Positions 32,266 to 43,262 of a DNA stretch of 64,000 nucleotides are shown here, piece by piece. A program made the position numbers and the translations under genes. Below the pieces are notes generated by a model. The model was not told where the DNA came from. It saw only the letters and a program-made list of their open reading frames with translations, and made no database searches. Source of the DNA: Wickerhamiella versatilis. Taxonomy: Eukaryota. Positions within the stretch are counted from its first letter, which is position 1. Each line of letters opens with the position of its first letter. The DNA lies in contig JAQOWU010000007.1 in the NCBI GenBank assembly GCA_030867685.1, positions 2,542,001 through 2,606,000 of the forward strand, written 5' to 3'.

Positions 32266-33027
32266 ATGAATTTTCACGACCAAATTATTCTTGTTACTGG
32301 TGGTGCACGTGGACTAGGCCTAGCAATAAGTAAAGCATTCATTGCGCAGGATGCAATGGTCGTGGTCAACTATCTAACAAGCAAGAATGCTGCAATTCAG
32401 TTAGAGCTAGAGTCGCAATCCCGAGTCCTAGCTGTTCAAGCAGATATCACAGATCCTCGACAGGTAGAATCGATGTTTGCCAAGGCAAAGGATTTCTTTG
32501 GAGCAGATATTACCGTCGTGGTTAACAATGCGCTCCCTGAATTTAAATTTAATGGGGCGGAACGATGTCGAATTGGTGACCTGAAATGGTCCGACTTCAC
32601 AAAGCAGTTTGAGGGTGCGGTTAACGGACCTTTTAATACAACTAAATGCGCGATTAACGGAATGCAGAAAAAGAGATTTGGAAGAATAATTAATATAGGT
32701 ACCAATCTCGTCCAACACCCAGTAGTACCTTACCATGATTATACTTCAGCAAAAGCGGCATTGCTTTCATTGACTAGAACCTTTGCCGAAGAGTTGGGTC
32801 CATATGGTATTACTGTGAATATGGTTTCGGGAGGGCTTCTAGCCAGCACAGATGCATCAAGTGCGACTCCTGCGCCGGTGTTCGAACATATTGCATTATG
32901 CACTCCACTGCGAAAAGTCGTTACAATAGAAGAGTTTTCCGATGCCGTTTTATTTTTTGCTAGCCCGTGGTCTCGTGCTATAACTGGGCAGAACTTAATA
33001 GTCGATGGTGGACTCGTTAAGGGCTGA
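32266..33027 (+). CDS. Bacterial-type SDR / 3-oxoacyl-ACP reductase-like protein
   Basis: TGGARGLG, VNNA, YTSAK, GTNLVQHPVVPYHDY, ITGQNLIVDGG. Confidence 0.9.
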   Translation: MNFHDQIILVTGGARGLGLAISKAFIAQDAMVVVNYLTSKNAAIQLELESQSRVLAVQADITDPRQVESMFAKAKDFFGADITVVVNNALPEFKFNGAERCRIGDLKWSDFTKQFEGAVNGPFNTTKCAINGMQKKRFGRIINIGTNLVQHPVVPYHDYTSAKAALLSLTRTFAEELGPYGITVNMVSGGLLASTDASSATPAPVFEHIALCTPLRKVVTIEEFSDAVLFFASPWSRAITGQNLIVDGGLVKG

Positions 33028-33245
33028 AAGATAATCCTAATTTTGACTGTTGATTATATAACACAACCGTGCCTTATGCATAATATACAGGTATTGTGTA
33101 TCCTAATTTGACTACATAAATGTTAGATGTTCGTCCTGGTACTTTTTTTTGTAATAAAAGCTGCATGACATCACAGTCATAGTTGTATTTCCGTGTATAT
33201 TTACGATATTAAAGGAGCTTAACAAATGTCGATAGGATTTTTTGT

Positions 33246-33280
33246 ACTACCTGATAGTGGTTGGACAATGCAAGATAGCC
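33246..33280 (+). repeat. 41-bp repeat, near-full copy
   Basis: actacctgatagtggttggacaatgcaagatagcc. Confidence 0.92.
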
Positions 33281-33442
33281 GTTTTTACATTTCAGCATAA
33301 GTGACCACTCCCTACTCTCTCCTCTTTACAAATCTATGGTGAGGAATGTGGAATTTGTTGTCACTGTATCTAGGACTATGCTTTCCCATTCATCCAATTA
33401 TGAATAGAAGTCCTATGTAACATACACATAAACGACATCAGC

Positions 33443-34897
33443 TTAGTTTGGAAGCCATACTGGCTTGCTACTCCCTAGCTCGGGCGTCGTCCCGCCCCAT
33501 TTTGGAGGCGTTTCAGTCATTTTAATGACAGGTCCTAGACTTTTCAGGTCTCCGAGGTAGGTTCCTTTATCAATGTGTGCATATTCATCAAACTCATATT
33601 GTTTCAACTTCTCGTCTGATTCCAAGAAGTCGTTCTTAAGGCCTTGTCTCTGTAAAAGCATAGCCGCTTGACAGAGTGATACTTTCACTGTATAACTGCC
33701 GCCCTCCTTAGCGCGCCGAGCCAATGCAACCATCACACCAAAACTTCCTAAGAAGCCAGCAAGAAAGTCGCATGCAAATACGGGTGTTAGTTGAGGTCCA
33801 TCTGCTCCTGTTGAAACTCCTTGGGTATGGCACATGCCAGTTACAGCCTGTGCCACCTGATCCCAACCAGCCCGGTCATGAAAAGGGCCACCGGAGCCGA
33901 AGCAGTTCACAGAGAGATGGACAATTCCGGGACGTAGCTTTACAAGATCTTCCACCCCAAACCCATGTGAAGCAACACGGTTTGGCCGGTAGCCATCAAT
34001 GAACACATCAGCTTGCGCAGCTAACTGCTTTAACTGCTCCTTCTCATCTGGTAAGTTGTAGTCGAGGAAGCAGCTCCTCTTTCCATGACTAGTATCTCGC
34101 ACGAACGCCGGCACTTGCGGGAGGTGTGGCGCAGTGACCATGAGTACATCTGCACCATGCTCTGCTAAACTGAGTCCCGCGGTTGGTCCTGCAAGAATCC
34201 TTGTTAGATCTAAAACTTTAATGCCCGAAAGAGGCTCATCACCTTCAGGTAGTGGAATTGGATCCGTATCTGAGACTTTGGTGATTTCCACTACCGGCTG
34301 CATTTGGAGGAAGCTCCCCTGTGGATGTGTGAGCCATTCTTCGGGTGTACGAATCTTTCCACCGCAAGCATGCACATTTGCTATGGCCTGTTCGAGCTCG
34401 TCAGACTTCCATTTTGCTACCGCGGCAGAAAGCGAGTCTGTCGAGCTCTCACATTGGAGTAAATCTAAAACACGGCGTTCCAGATGAGGCAGATTTGTGT
34501 GAGGAAGCAGCCAACGCCCATCAGCTGTTGGCCATGGTTGTGTCATTGCGACCATGTGCTTAAGTTCTGGCAATGGAGGTATAGGCTCGTAGGTCCCGTT
34601 TTCACTACGCCTGCACGTCATATCAGTTCCTGCGAGGGACGTTGCCGCAGCTATGCGCATATTGACTGAAATATTCTGGCGTCTACCTGTACGGATCTCC
34701 CATAGATCATTTGCAGCAACTGCCCTCGCCGCCAAGACCTCTGCACTAGTTTGGCCAACTTTAAATGGTGTGCGAAACAGATTATCTTTTCCTTCGAGCT
34801 TTACCTCGTCGATACTAATTGGAGAGCCGGCTCTTATAGCCATGAGCTCCGAAAAAGCGCTTGCAGTGGGGAAGTCATGAGACATGATTTGTAACAT
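33443..34897 (-). CDS. CaiB/BaiF family III CoA-transferase
   Basis: PLSGIKVLDLTRILAGP, HGADVL, GKRS, ADVFIDGYRP, GWDQVAQAVTG. Confidence 0.9.
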   Translation of the reverse strand: MLQIMSHDFPTASAFSELMAIRAGSPISIDEVKLEGKDNLFRTPFKVGQTSAEVLAARAVAANDLWEIRTGRRQNISVNMRIAAATSLAGTDMTCRRSENGTYEPIPPLPELKHMVAMTQPWPTADGRWLLPHTNLPHLERRVLDLLQCESSTDSLSAAVAKWKSDELEQAIANVHACGGKIRTPEEWLTHPQGSFLQMQPVVEITKVSDTDPIPLPEGDEPLSGIKVLDLTRILAGPTAGLSLAEHGADVLMVTAPHLPQVPAFVRDTSHGKRSCFLDYNLPDEKEQLKQLAAQADVFIDGYRPNRVASHGFGVEDLVKLRPGIVHLSVNCFGSGGPFHDRAGWDQVAQAVTGMCHTQGVSTGADGPQLTPVFACDFLAGFLGSFGVMVALARRAKEGGSYTVKVSLCQAAMLLQRQGLKNDFLESDEKLKQYEFDEYAHIDKGTYLGDLKSLGPVIKMTETPPKWGGTTPELGSSKPVWLPN

Positions 34898-35276
34898 GCG
34901 ACCAACTCACATATCCAGCGGACCGATTGGGGTAGATAAGACAGAACAATTCTTGCATAACTTGCCCAGCATCATTTTTTTCTAACAATAAGTATAAGTG
35001 AATTATTCTGCTAGAGGCTTGTCTGATCAGGGGAATCAGAATCCCCTGTTCGCTGGTTAGCCAGAACCAAAGAATTTTTCGATAAAAAATAGAAATGCAA
35101 GGTGATTAATACCCATTAGTGGGCTATCCAATTGCTAATCCGGTTAAGATATGCAACATGACTACAGGGAAAGCAGTATTACTGCATTGTAGTAAGCAGC
35201 CGGGTGATTCGATTTTTTGCTTACTTAGCTAGTTATATCACTGCTCATTCACGTTTCCTTGTCTTGAACTACTCAA

Positions 35277-35297
35277 ACAATGCAAGATACCACTTCA
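35277..35297 (+). repeat. 41-bp repeat fragment overlapping the first ATG of the orphan ORF
   Basis: acaATGcaagataccacttca. Confidence 0.7.
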
Positions 35298-37199
35298 ATT
35301 GTGATTGCAAGTATTTCTGCATGGATTAATCAATATGATCGGTCCCTTTACCTTTTGCTTTATTTGATGATGATATTTAAACACCTTTTCACTTATGATC
35401 AGGGGGAATTCGCTGATATTGACTACTTTGGAAAATGGAGATACCACGGGAAATTCTTTCGGAGTTGCCATATTGCGTTTTCCGATATGACACTTTCACA
35501 ACTTTCTTTCTGTATTTTATCTGCAATACTGGTTGTATTTGGAGACAGAATGCCACATTTTGTAGGTATGCTTCTGCTTTCTTCACTGCAATTATGTGGC
35601 TATTTGTCTACCATTCTTTTCGTGAGTTCAAATCAAGACAGCGCGCCAGCAGTTCGTGAGACACTCGAGTGCACGGCAGTAATATATGCCACATTGAACA
35701 TACTCCCTACAGAAGTGAGAGCTGGCTTGTGTTATTGGCGCCATCTTTATTTGACCCTAACTCTTGTTTCCAGCTTTCTATGGGTAGTGTCAATGATGCA
35801 AAATACATTCAACCGAAGCTACTTGGCTGATATCTTACCTTTGGGAGGGGTTTGCGCCACCTCGCTCATAATATTAGGACTCAAGGCGGTTGGGGTTCAA
35901 AGCACACTAACCGACAGATATGACATGTTGCTGAATATTTTTAACTTATTATGGATATTTATTAGTACCATTACTCTGTATTCACAACTGTTTACGGAAG
36001 CCCCTGCATCTACTGATAACAAATACCGCCCATGGTATTGGTTCGCACGCAATGATTGCCGACTTGGCTGTTATCTCGATTTTATTCCCTTTAGACCTAG
36101 AATGGCTTGGGTATATTCCATCTTATCATGCGTCACGACAATGTATACTTTCAATTTACTCAGCTCCTGGCGTGGTGAGTTTGAATCTCCAGAACAAATT
36201 ACTGGTGAATATTCGGAAAGAGGCGTTATGGAAGGACGAAGTTTGGATTATTGGCTTTATTTCATGACTGTTTTTGCATTAGTCGGATACAGTTACATTC
36301 ACGTGTACGTATATCTACCGGTGAAAAGGGCCTATAGACGGTGGCATAATCCGACCATAGATGATGTTACGTATGATAATGACACCATCGATCATGATGA
36401 TGTCAAAGATGATGGTTCCAGCGATGATGCAGTATCTGTATCAAGCGCCGACGATCCTTATTGGAAATTTTACTTTCCGGCGAGTCGATACAGAGAAAAC
36501 TTTAGCACTATATTAATATTCGGCGATTGGATTCTTCTATATTTTGCATCTATGCTAATGTCTTTTGAATGCTCTATTCCCGGTGATCTTATTGTTGTAC
36601 CACTTTTGTTACTTGAGATGACCGGGTATATTGCAACGATTTCGTTAGCTCCAGTTTTTCGCTCGTCGGATATGAGTCGCTATATATTAACACATGTGAG
36701 CATTCACAGCGCTTTTCTCAATGTGCTATCGCCGTACAGCAAGTATTGTCTTTCTCAATGGAAAAATCTTTTTTTGATTCTTTCAGAACTAACTGCAAAA
36801 GTTTTTTTCATCTTGCAATCGTATTCAATGAATAACATGTTGAACAATGCGACCTTATATTTGATGTTATGTGCTCTGATGGTGGCAGAGGGGCTTGGGG
36901 TGGTCATGGTGTTAGGGTATTTGAATAACGATAAAGTCATCGGGAAGATATTATTGAAGAAAGTAATTACTTATCTTTATGGATATGACTGCGGGTTTTT
37001 TTTTGTCTCAGTTTGTTTTGAGATTGGCCATAATATATTATCCGAACGAGACATCCCTGTATTTTTCAAGAAATTCTGTCGAATTGCGATTGGGTCTATC
37101 ATGTTTCACCTTGGGCCAATGCTCATGTATAGTCTTCTGAGTACCTGGTACCTCCAGTATGAAAATAATACTGGACAACAAAAGCAGTTTTATATATGA
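35280..37199 (+). CDS. Orphan polytopic membrane protein with internal duplication
   Basis: 639-aa ORF with many TM segments; two homologous halves separated by an acidic linker; start uncertain. Confidence 0.75.
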   Translation: MQDTTSIVIASISAWINQYDRSLYLLLYLMMIFKHLFTYDQGEFADIDYFGKWRYHGKFFRSCHIAFSDMTLSQLSFCILSAILVVFGDRMPHFVGMLLLSSLQLCGYLSTILFVSSNQDSAPAVRETLECTAVIYATLNILPTEVRAGLCYWRHLYLTLTLVSSFLWVVSMMQNTFNRSYLADILPLGGVCATSLIILGLKAVGVQSTLTDRYDMLLNIFNLLWIFISTITLYSQLFTEAPASTDNKYRPWYWFARNDCRLGCYLDFIPFRPRMAWVYSILSCVTTMYTFNLLSSWRGEFESPEQITGEYSERGVMEGRSLDYWLYFMTVFALVGYSYIHVYVYLPVKRAYRRWHNPTIDDVTYDNDTIDHDDVKDDGSSDDAVSVSSADDPYWKFYFPASRYRENFSTILIFGDWILLYFASMLMSFECSIPGDLIVVPLLLLEMTGYIATISLAPVFRSSDMSRYILTHVSIHSAFLNVLSPYSKYCLSQWKNLFLILSELTAKVFFILQSYSMNNMLNNATLYLMLCALMVAEGLGVVMVLGYLNNDKVIGKILLKKVITYLYGYDCGFFFVSVCFEIGHNILSERDIPVFFKKFCRIAIGSIMFHLGPMLMYSLLSTWYLQYENNTGQQKQFYI

Positions 37200-37694
37200 A
37201 ATATTTTCAGTATATCTCAGTGAGTTATTCTTTTAGAACACAGATGCATGCAGAAAGATCTCCCATATAAGGAATTGTCATGAGATACAAATGGTGATTT
37301 TATGGTGATGTTAGATAAGATGCACAAGTCAGCTTAAGCATATAGTCTGTTCCGAAACATAAATACCTCTTGTGCCTCTGCGCTAATTTTATTTGGTCAT
37401 GGTTAAATTTTCGGATGATAGAAACAAAAAAAATCTACTGAGGCATGTGTCAGTGGAGCGACATGCTCCATGATCAATGGTCTATTACCACAGTAGTACA
37501 AAATACTGTGTATTTTAATTTGGCAATATAAGTATGAACCATTCACTTTATGTAGCATTAATTAATTAATGGCGCTTATTGTCATAGTTACATAGATATT
37601 TCCCGCATGTACTCACGGTATTAAGAGAAATGAAGGAATCTTGATAGGATTTGGTCATTTGATTATTCAGAGGAATTATTGTGCCCATCTTAAT

Positions 37695-38525
37695 ATGCCG
37701 AAGTTGCGTGACATTTCGAGTCTTATTACAGGGTCAGTACCCGAAGAGGTGATCGATATGCTTGAAAGCTATTCGATCTATCGGATTAGTTGGCTTAATA
37801 TAGGATTTTCAGTTGTTATGGGATTGAGCTTCTATCTGTGTACATGGCTACGCTCGAAGACCATACCCCGGAGACAGGTGGTGTCTAAGGAAGGAGCAAT
37901 CGAGAAAGAAAATCAAAATGGCATGGAGAGTAATAGCGATGGTATGGATATTTTATTAAGTGCCGTGGGTGGCATATTTTCAGCTAATTCCATTATGGTG
38001 GCAATTATGCTTGGTGCTTATCATTTGGGCGTCAATAAACGGGAGTGTATTAAATTTCACCTTGATATGATGAAGTTTGTATTGAATTTTTTGCTTCTTG
38101 TTGGCTCTATTGGGGTTCTACACAAGACAAATGTTCTTAAGCCTATCGCAAACGTTATTTTTGGGCCACCATCGAAGCGGATTATTGAGGTATTGGAACA
38201 GTATAAGATGAGATATTCTCTCGCACTATGGTCAATATTTTCAGTTGCCATGGGCTGCATCTGTTGTCTGTACAGGCAAGCTAGATGTGCAACTGGGAAT
38301 ACATTGGGCAACAGCAGAGGAAATAATGATTCCAACGAGCGCGGAGGAATTAAAAATGTTTTGCTACTTTCCTTGTCCGATTTTTTTATCATTCATCCTT
38401 TCTCTTTAATTTTTTTGCTAATTTCTGACCGAAAAAGTGAACAGAGTCGGCGGGAAAGGCTTTCATTTTGCTTAACTTTAATAAAGGGTTTCTTTTTGTC
38501 TTTTCTGGTTATTAGGAGTATATAA
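37695..38525 (+). CDS. Orphan multi-TM protein
   Basis: ATG 37695 MPKLRD...; about 6 hydrophobic segments; no recognised family. Confidence 0.6.
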   Translation: MPKLRDISSLITGSVPEEVIDMLESYSIYRISWLNIGFSVVMGLSFYLCTWLRSKTIPRRQVVSKEGAIEKENQNGMESNSDGMDILLSAVGGIFSANSIMVAIMLGAYHLGVNKRECIKFHLDMMKFVLNFLLLVGSIGVLHKTNVLKPIANVIFGPPSKRIIEVLEQYKMRYSLALWSIFSVAMGCICCLYRQARCATGNTLGNSRGNNDSNERGGIKNVLLLSLSDFFIIHPFSLIFLLISDRKSEQSRRERLSFCLTLIKGFFLSFLVIRSI

Positions 38526-38583
38526 TATGCCCCTGCATCTTAATATTAATTAGGGTGTAAATAAGAGTTTGAATGCTTACTTA

Positions 38584-38609
38584 ACTACCTGAGACTGGTT
38601 GGAAAATGC
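38584..38609 (+). repeat. 41-bp repeat, left part
   Basis: actacctgagactggttggaaaatgc. Confidence 0.9.
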
Positions 38610-38621
38610 TAGTTTCCTGTC

Positions 38622-39517
38622 TTATTCAATAGAGTGTTCAGAATTCTCTGACTGTAAGGTTTTTGAAACCTGTTCTTGAGAACTTTCTGTAGAGTCTGGG
38701 GGAGATAAATCAAGTTCATCTCCGATAATTCCAATAATCACCATCATATAGCAGAGAGTACCAAAGAGTCCACAAATGAAGATAAAAGTGCCATCAAATT
38801 GAGCAAAAGACCACGTATTGAGCAGTGCTAGTAACAATGAACTTACAGAAAGAATGATTTCGAACCACTTACTCACAGAATAGAGAGATAAACCAAAAGA
38901 GATTGCAGACGTAGAAATGAATGTTTGCAATGGACGCAAGGCGCGAAATAAGGAGCTAGGTACCAAGGAAACAGGTAAAACAAGCCAGATTGTGAGGAAT
39001 GATGCGACGTTTGTAATTATTATTGTTCTTTGACGGGAATTCAATGCAATCAGTAGGACAGCAAGCAAAAAGAAAAAGACTGCGATTGACCCAACTAGAA
39101 TAAATAAGCCAATAATAATGAAAAAAGGTTCACAATTTGAATTTCTCCACTCCCAGCAGCTGCTGTATTCATGACAAGTGTATACCCCCATTATTAGCAT
39201 TGCTTTTATCTACCAAGTGTGCAACAATTAAGACCAGTATAATACATACCCATGCAAGCAGTGCATGCTGAACTGCAAAATACGACCTTAGTGACCACTT
39301 ATGGTTCAAAAAGAGGTATTAATGCGGAAAGCAGCAATAAAAGTCTTGATTTGATAGGAAGATGGGTGCTCTCAGGAATAGCTGTAGACATGATGGCAGG
39401 CAGGGTAAACACCGCTGCCACTAGGAAATCTAGTTCAGCAAGAGAATTCTCATTTGGATTATGGTGTTTTTGAGTATTGCTCAGCTCTTTATCAGCTGCT
39501 TTTCTCCCCTCGTTCAT
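38622..39517 (-). pseudogene. Disrupted paralog of the 41728-42546 membrane protein
   Basis: Split ORFs 39299-39517 and 38622-39200. LRPLQTFIST vs LRSLQVIIPT; FICGLFGTLCY vs FVSGLAGTLAY. Confidence 0.7.
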
Positions 39518-39566
39518 ATCAATATTATAAAAGCAGAACTAATAGTTTAGTCATCAATTGATCTTG

Positions 39567-39617
39567 CTACCTGAGACCAGTCCGAGATTGGTTGGGCAAT
39601 GCAAGATAACCCACTTC
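39567..39617 (+). repeat. 41-bp repeat with internal stutter
   Basis: ctacctgagaccagt-ccgagattggttgggcaatgcaagataacccacttc. Confidence 0.9.
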
Positions 39618-39791
39618 TATCAACCCGCATAATCATAATTCGCTTTTTTCTAATAAATAATTGGTCTCGGATTCCTCATTATCTAACCTGAAAACTGTGA
39701 CTCGTGCGAGGCAGCCCTATAACGTCACAAATCATATATTACCATTATTGGTAATAGGTGATAGTAGGTGATTCTACAAACCTTCAAGCAC

Positions 39792-41426
39792 ATGAAAGCG
39801 ATAATATGGCTCTTCAGGCTAGCTCTACTAGGTAACTTCGGGAAATCATTAGCCCAGTCTGATATGGCACCGGTTGTGGATCTGGGATATGCGAAATACA
39901 GGGGGCAATCTTTTGATGAAAGTGGAGTAAGTCAATGGCTTGGAATTAGGTATGCCGCTCCACCGCTGGGGAATCTCAGGTATGCTGCACCTGAAGATCC
40001 GCTTGAAGAAGATGACACTGTAGATGCATTCCAACATGGACCGTTATGTTTGGCTACTGGTGACGACCCTTTCAATCCAAATAGTTCTGAGGATTGTCTT
40101 TTTTTGGATGTATATGCACCTAGCGATGCGAATGAAAGCTCAAAGTATCCGGTTTTTGTATTCATTCAGGGTGGTGGCTTTGAAGTTAATAGTGATCCTA
40201 ATCTCAACGGAACAGGCTTGATCAATGCTTCTGGAAATAAGATGGTCATTGTAAATTTCAACTATCGAGTAGGAAGTTTCGGTTTTCTTGCCGGAAATGT
40301 TATGGCAACCAGGGCGAGCCAAAATAATGGCCTTAAAGACCACCGAAAGGTGTTCGAATGGGTTCAAAAGCACATCTCTAAATTTGGTGGCGATCCTGCG
40401 CATGTAGTTATTGGTGGAGACAGTGCTGGAGGAGGCGCAATAGCTCTTCATCTGACAGCATATAGGGGTAAAGATGAAGGTTTCTTCGTTGGAGCGGCTG
40501 CCGAATCTCAGTCATTTCCTAGCATGCTGGATACTCAGGAGGCCAACTTCATATATAATAGTTTGGTCATGAGAACTGGTTGTGTGAACTCCAATGATAG
40601 TCTAACTTGTCTGAGGTCTCTGAATGCCTCATTTATCCAGTCTGTGGACATGAATACTGTACTTCCTGGAGCCCAAAATCCTACTTTGTTTATGTATGCT
40701 CCGACAATTGATTATGACCTTGTTCCTGATTATACCGTACGATTATTTGAGCAGGGACAATTCATTCGAGTTCCTACAATATGGGGAGATGCTACAAATG
40801 AAGGAACGATTTTCACACCTGAGTCTACAGGGTCGTATGCAAAAAGCACTGTGTTTCTGCAAAATAATTATCCTACGTTGACACCGGAAATTGGGTATAA
40901 ATTGATTCAATTATATCCGCAAAATGCAACCCCGCAGTTTCCAGATAGTGGGTCTTATTGGAGACAGGTGAGTGATGTTTACGGAGAAATTCGATATATC
41001 TGCCCGGGAATACATATACCAGATATGTATACTCGCTATGGCTATGAAAATGTTTGGAATTACCACTACGATGTCCAAGATCTTATGGATATGCATAAAG
41101 GATATGGAGTCCCTCATGTAGCAGAAATTAATAGCATCTGGGGTCCTGATAACGTGTTTAACAAGACTCCACCTCAGTCTTACTATGGTATCAATGCACC
41201 GATAATTCCGGTTATGCAAGGGTACTGGACAAGCTTTATTACTGCTCTTAATCCCAGCTCTCTAAGACACTGTACCAGCCCGCCATGGACCCGATGGACG
41301 GACAGCCAATCGACTGCGAATCGAATTTACATTCAAACGAATAATACCCATATGGAAAAGGTACCGCCAGATCAGCGGCACAGATGCCAATATTGGACCT
41401 CGATAGCCCTGGAACTAAAACAATAA
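39792..41426 (+). CDS. Secreted type-B carboxylesterase/lipase
   Basis: Signal peptide, PVVDLGYAKY, LGIRYAAPPLGNLR, SEDCLFLDV, GGG, GDSAGG, NEG. Confidence 0.92.
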   Translation: MKAIIWLFRLALLGNFGKSLAQSDMAPVVDLGYAKYRGQSFDESGVSQWLGIRYAAPPLGNLRYAAPEDPLEEDDTVDAFQHGPLCLATGDDPFNPNSSEDCLFLDVYAPSDANESSKYPVFVFIQGGGFEVNSDPNLNGTGLINASGNKMVIVNFNYRVGSFGFLAGNVMATRASQNNGLKDHRKVFEWVQKHISKFGGDPAHVVIGGDSAGGGAIALHLTAYRGKDEGFFVGAAAESQSFPSMLDTQEANFIYNSLVMRTGCVNSNDSLTCLRSLNASFIQSVDMNTVLPGAQNPTLFMYAPTIDYDLVPDYTVRLFEQGQFIRVPTIWGDATNEGTIFTPESTGSYAKSTVFLQNNYPTLTPEIGYKLIQLYPQNATPQFPDSGSYWRQVSDVYGEIRYICPGIHIPDMYTRYGYENVWNYHYDVQDLMDMHKGYGVPHVAEINSIWGPDNVFNKTPPQSYYGINAPIIPVMQGYWTSFITALNPSSLRHCTSPPWTRWTDSQSTANRIYIQTNNTHMEKVPPDQRHRCQYWTSIALELKQ

Positions 41427-41449
41427 GTCAGTGTAAGTATATTTGTCTC

Positions 41450-41493
41450 TTCACTACATGGGATCGGTTGGACAATGCAAGATAGCCCACTAC
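41450..41493 (+). repeat. 41-bp repeat, full copy
   Basis: ttcactacatgggatcggttggacaatgcaagatagcccactac. Confidence 0.92.
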
Positions 41494-41727
41494 TATCTTG
41501 AAATAGAGTGATAGGTTTCCTTATGTCTAAGCCCAGGAAGAATTAGCGCATATCTCTTTTCATATATTCTGCGGATGGAACATACGGTACTAAATTTGTT
41601 CCTGTCTTATATTTATTGGGGAATAGCCTTAGACCAAGCAAAGCTCTTATGTCAAAACCTCTTGGAAATGTTTCACAGCTAAGAACCATATATATGCTTA
41701 TGAAGAAAAAGATGCTACTATTTTCAA

Positions 41728-42546
41728 TTAAGGCTTACTGTCATGTTCCTGGATGGGAATCAGTAGCAGATAAGCAAGGGTTCCCGCAAGTCCTGAAACG
41801 AAAAACTCGCCCTTGTTAGTATAAATACCAGACCAAAGGCTAAGAGGGCCTTGTACCACAAAAACTACTGCAAATATTTTTGAAGTCCATTTCTGCATAT
41901 TCGCTGGCAATGAGGTGGAAATAGATAATAAGATGGTGGGGATTATAACTTGCAGTGAACGAAGCGACAGAAAGAAAGGAAAAAGTGGAGCAAACACCGA
42001 GTCCGGAATAAAAACAGGTAAAATAGAGAAAGCCCCTAAGATGAAAAAAATAAAGGGAAATGACGTATTCTTGTACTTTCCGGCGTTATATTCATTCACG
42101 AAAATCAATATTCCGATAAATGTTATGACAACCAGGCTTAAACCACCACCAAAGAGGGCAAACAAGGGAATATCACCCCAAGGATTCGGAGAAAAACTAC
42201 ATATATTACCAGTACAATGCTTTCCGCGCTTGGAATAGTCTTCACGAATGATAAATGAAATTCTAAGAATGACCGCGTTACACATCCATATGGTTGCTGC
42301 TCTATAAGTAGCGCGGTAACCATATGGATTATAAAGGCATTTTACCATGAATGGCAAGGCCGCTACTAACAGAGGCAGCCATTTAAAGGTAATAGTGGTT
42401 CGCGCCACTTGAGGAATTAAAGCAGAGGTGAGACTCGCAATAGTCAGAGCGAATATTCTCATAGGTTGAAAGTCAACAAGCGTATCTGAGTGTGAAGTAT
42501 TGTCCTTTTCTCGGTGCAGCTTGATTTTTTCAGAAGTGGTACTCAT
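41728..42546 (-). CDS. Orphan multi-TM protein
   Basis: ATG 42546 MSTTSEK...; many hydrophobic segments; paralog at 38622-39517. Confidence 0.7.
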   Translation of the reverse strand: MSTTSEKIKLHREKDNTSHSDTLVDFQPMRIFALTIASLTSALIPQVARTTITFKWLPLLVAALPFMVKCLYNPYGYRATYRAATIWMCNAVILRISFIIREDYSKRGKHCTGNICSFSPNPWGDIPLFALFGGGLSLVVITFIGILIFVNEYNAGKYKNTSFPFIFFILGAFSILPVFIPDSVFAPLFPFFLSLRSLQVIIPTILLSISTSLPANMQKWTSKIFAVVFVVQGPLSLWSGIYTNKGEFFVSGLAGTLAYLLLIPIQEHDSKP

Positions 42547-42795
42547 TGTGATAGAGCCAATTGGCAAGTGTTATTTGTCATCCGTCAAGCTAGCCCACTT
42601 AAGATTAATGTTCTGTTTGCGGATGATTTTTACGAATTATTCCGCATAACATTATTTTGGTGTTCCCTGCAAATAGAGAACAGATATTTGCTGTTCCCTA
42701 TCACGAACATCCTTCGCATAATCTCCTCAGCACAATTGTTCGTCTGCTTACAGATATGACGTATGACGCAATGCCACGCTTGCATTGTTGACAGC

Positions 42796-42832
42796 ACCTG
42801 AGACTGGTTGGACAATGCAAGATAGCCCACTT
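42796..42832 (+). repeat. 41-bp repeat, 37-nt perfect copy
   Basis: acctgagactggttggacaatgcaagatagcccactt; further fragments at 42586-42600 and 43040-43064. Confidence 0.95.
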
Positions 42833-43262
42833 AGTTTATATAGGCGTAAAGTAAGCTACGAGATAGCGTTATATTATCCCTTAACATGCAGTTTGCAATT
42901 CCAAAGTGACCCTATATGAGTTTACTGGTTGATGTCATGATTCGAAATCCATAAATACCGGTGTTTATTCCTTATTGACATTGTGCATTGGCAAAGACGA
43001 AAAGTGCTAAAACTTTTTGTCTCATAAGGCTTAGGCCTTGATTGGTTGGACAAGGCAAGATAGCTTAAACCCGTGAATTAATCTATCCCATAAAGAAGTA
43101 TAGTCATATCAAAAGTGGTGAGAGACAAATCTAAATCGTCCTCGTCCATTGACCAGTTCAATATACTGAGGTAGCTTCATAGCATCAGACAAAGTACATT
43201 CACTCACGTCTCATCACTATGAATTCTGTTTAAAATTCTTAGTGAGTCATCTAAATGGGTTG

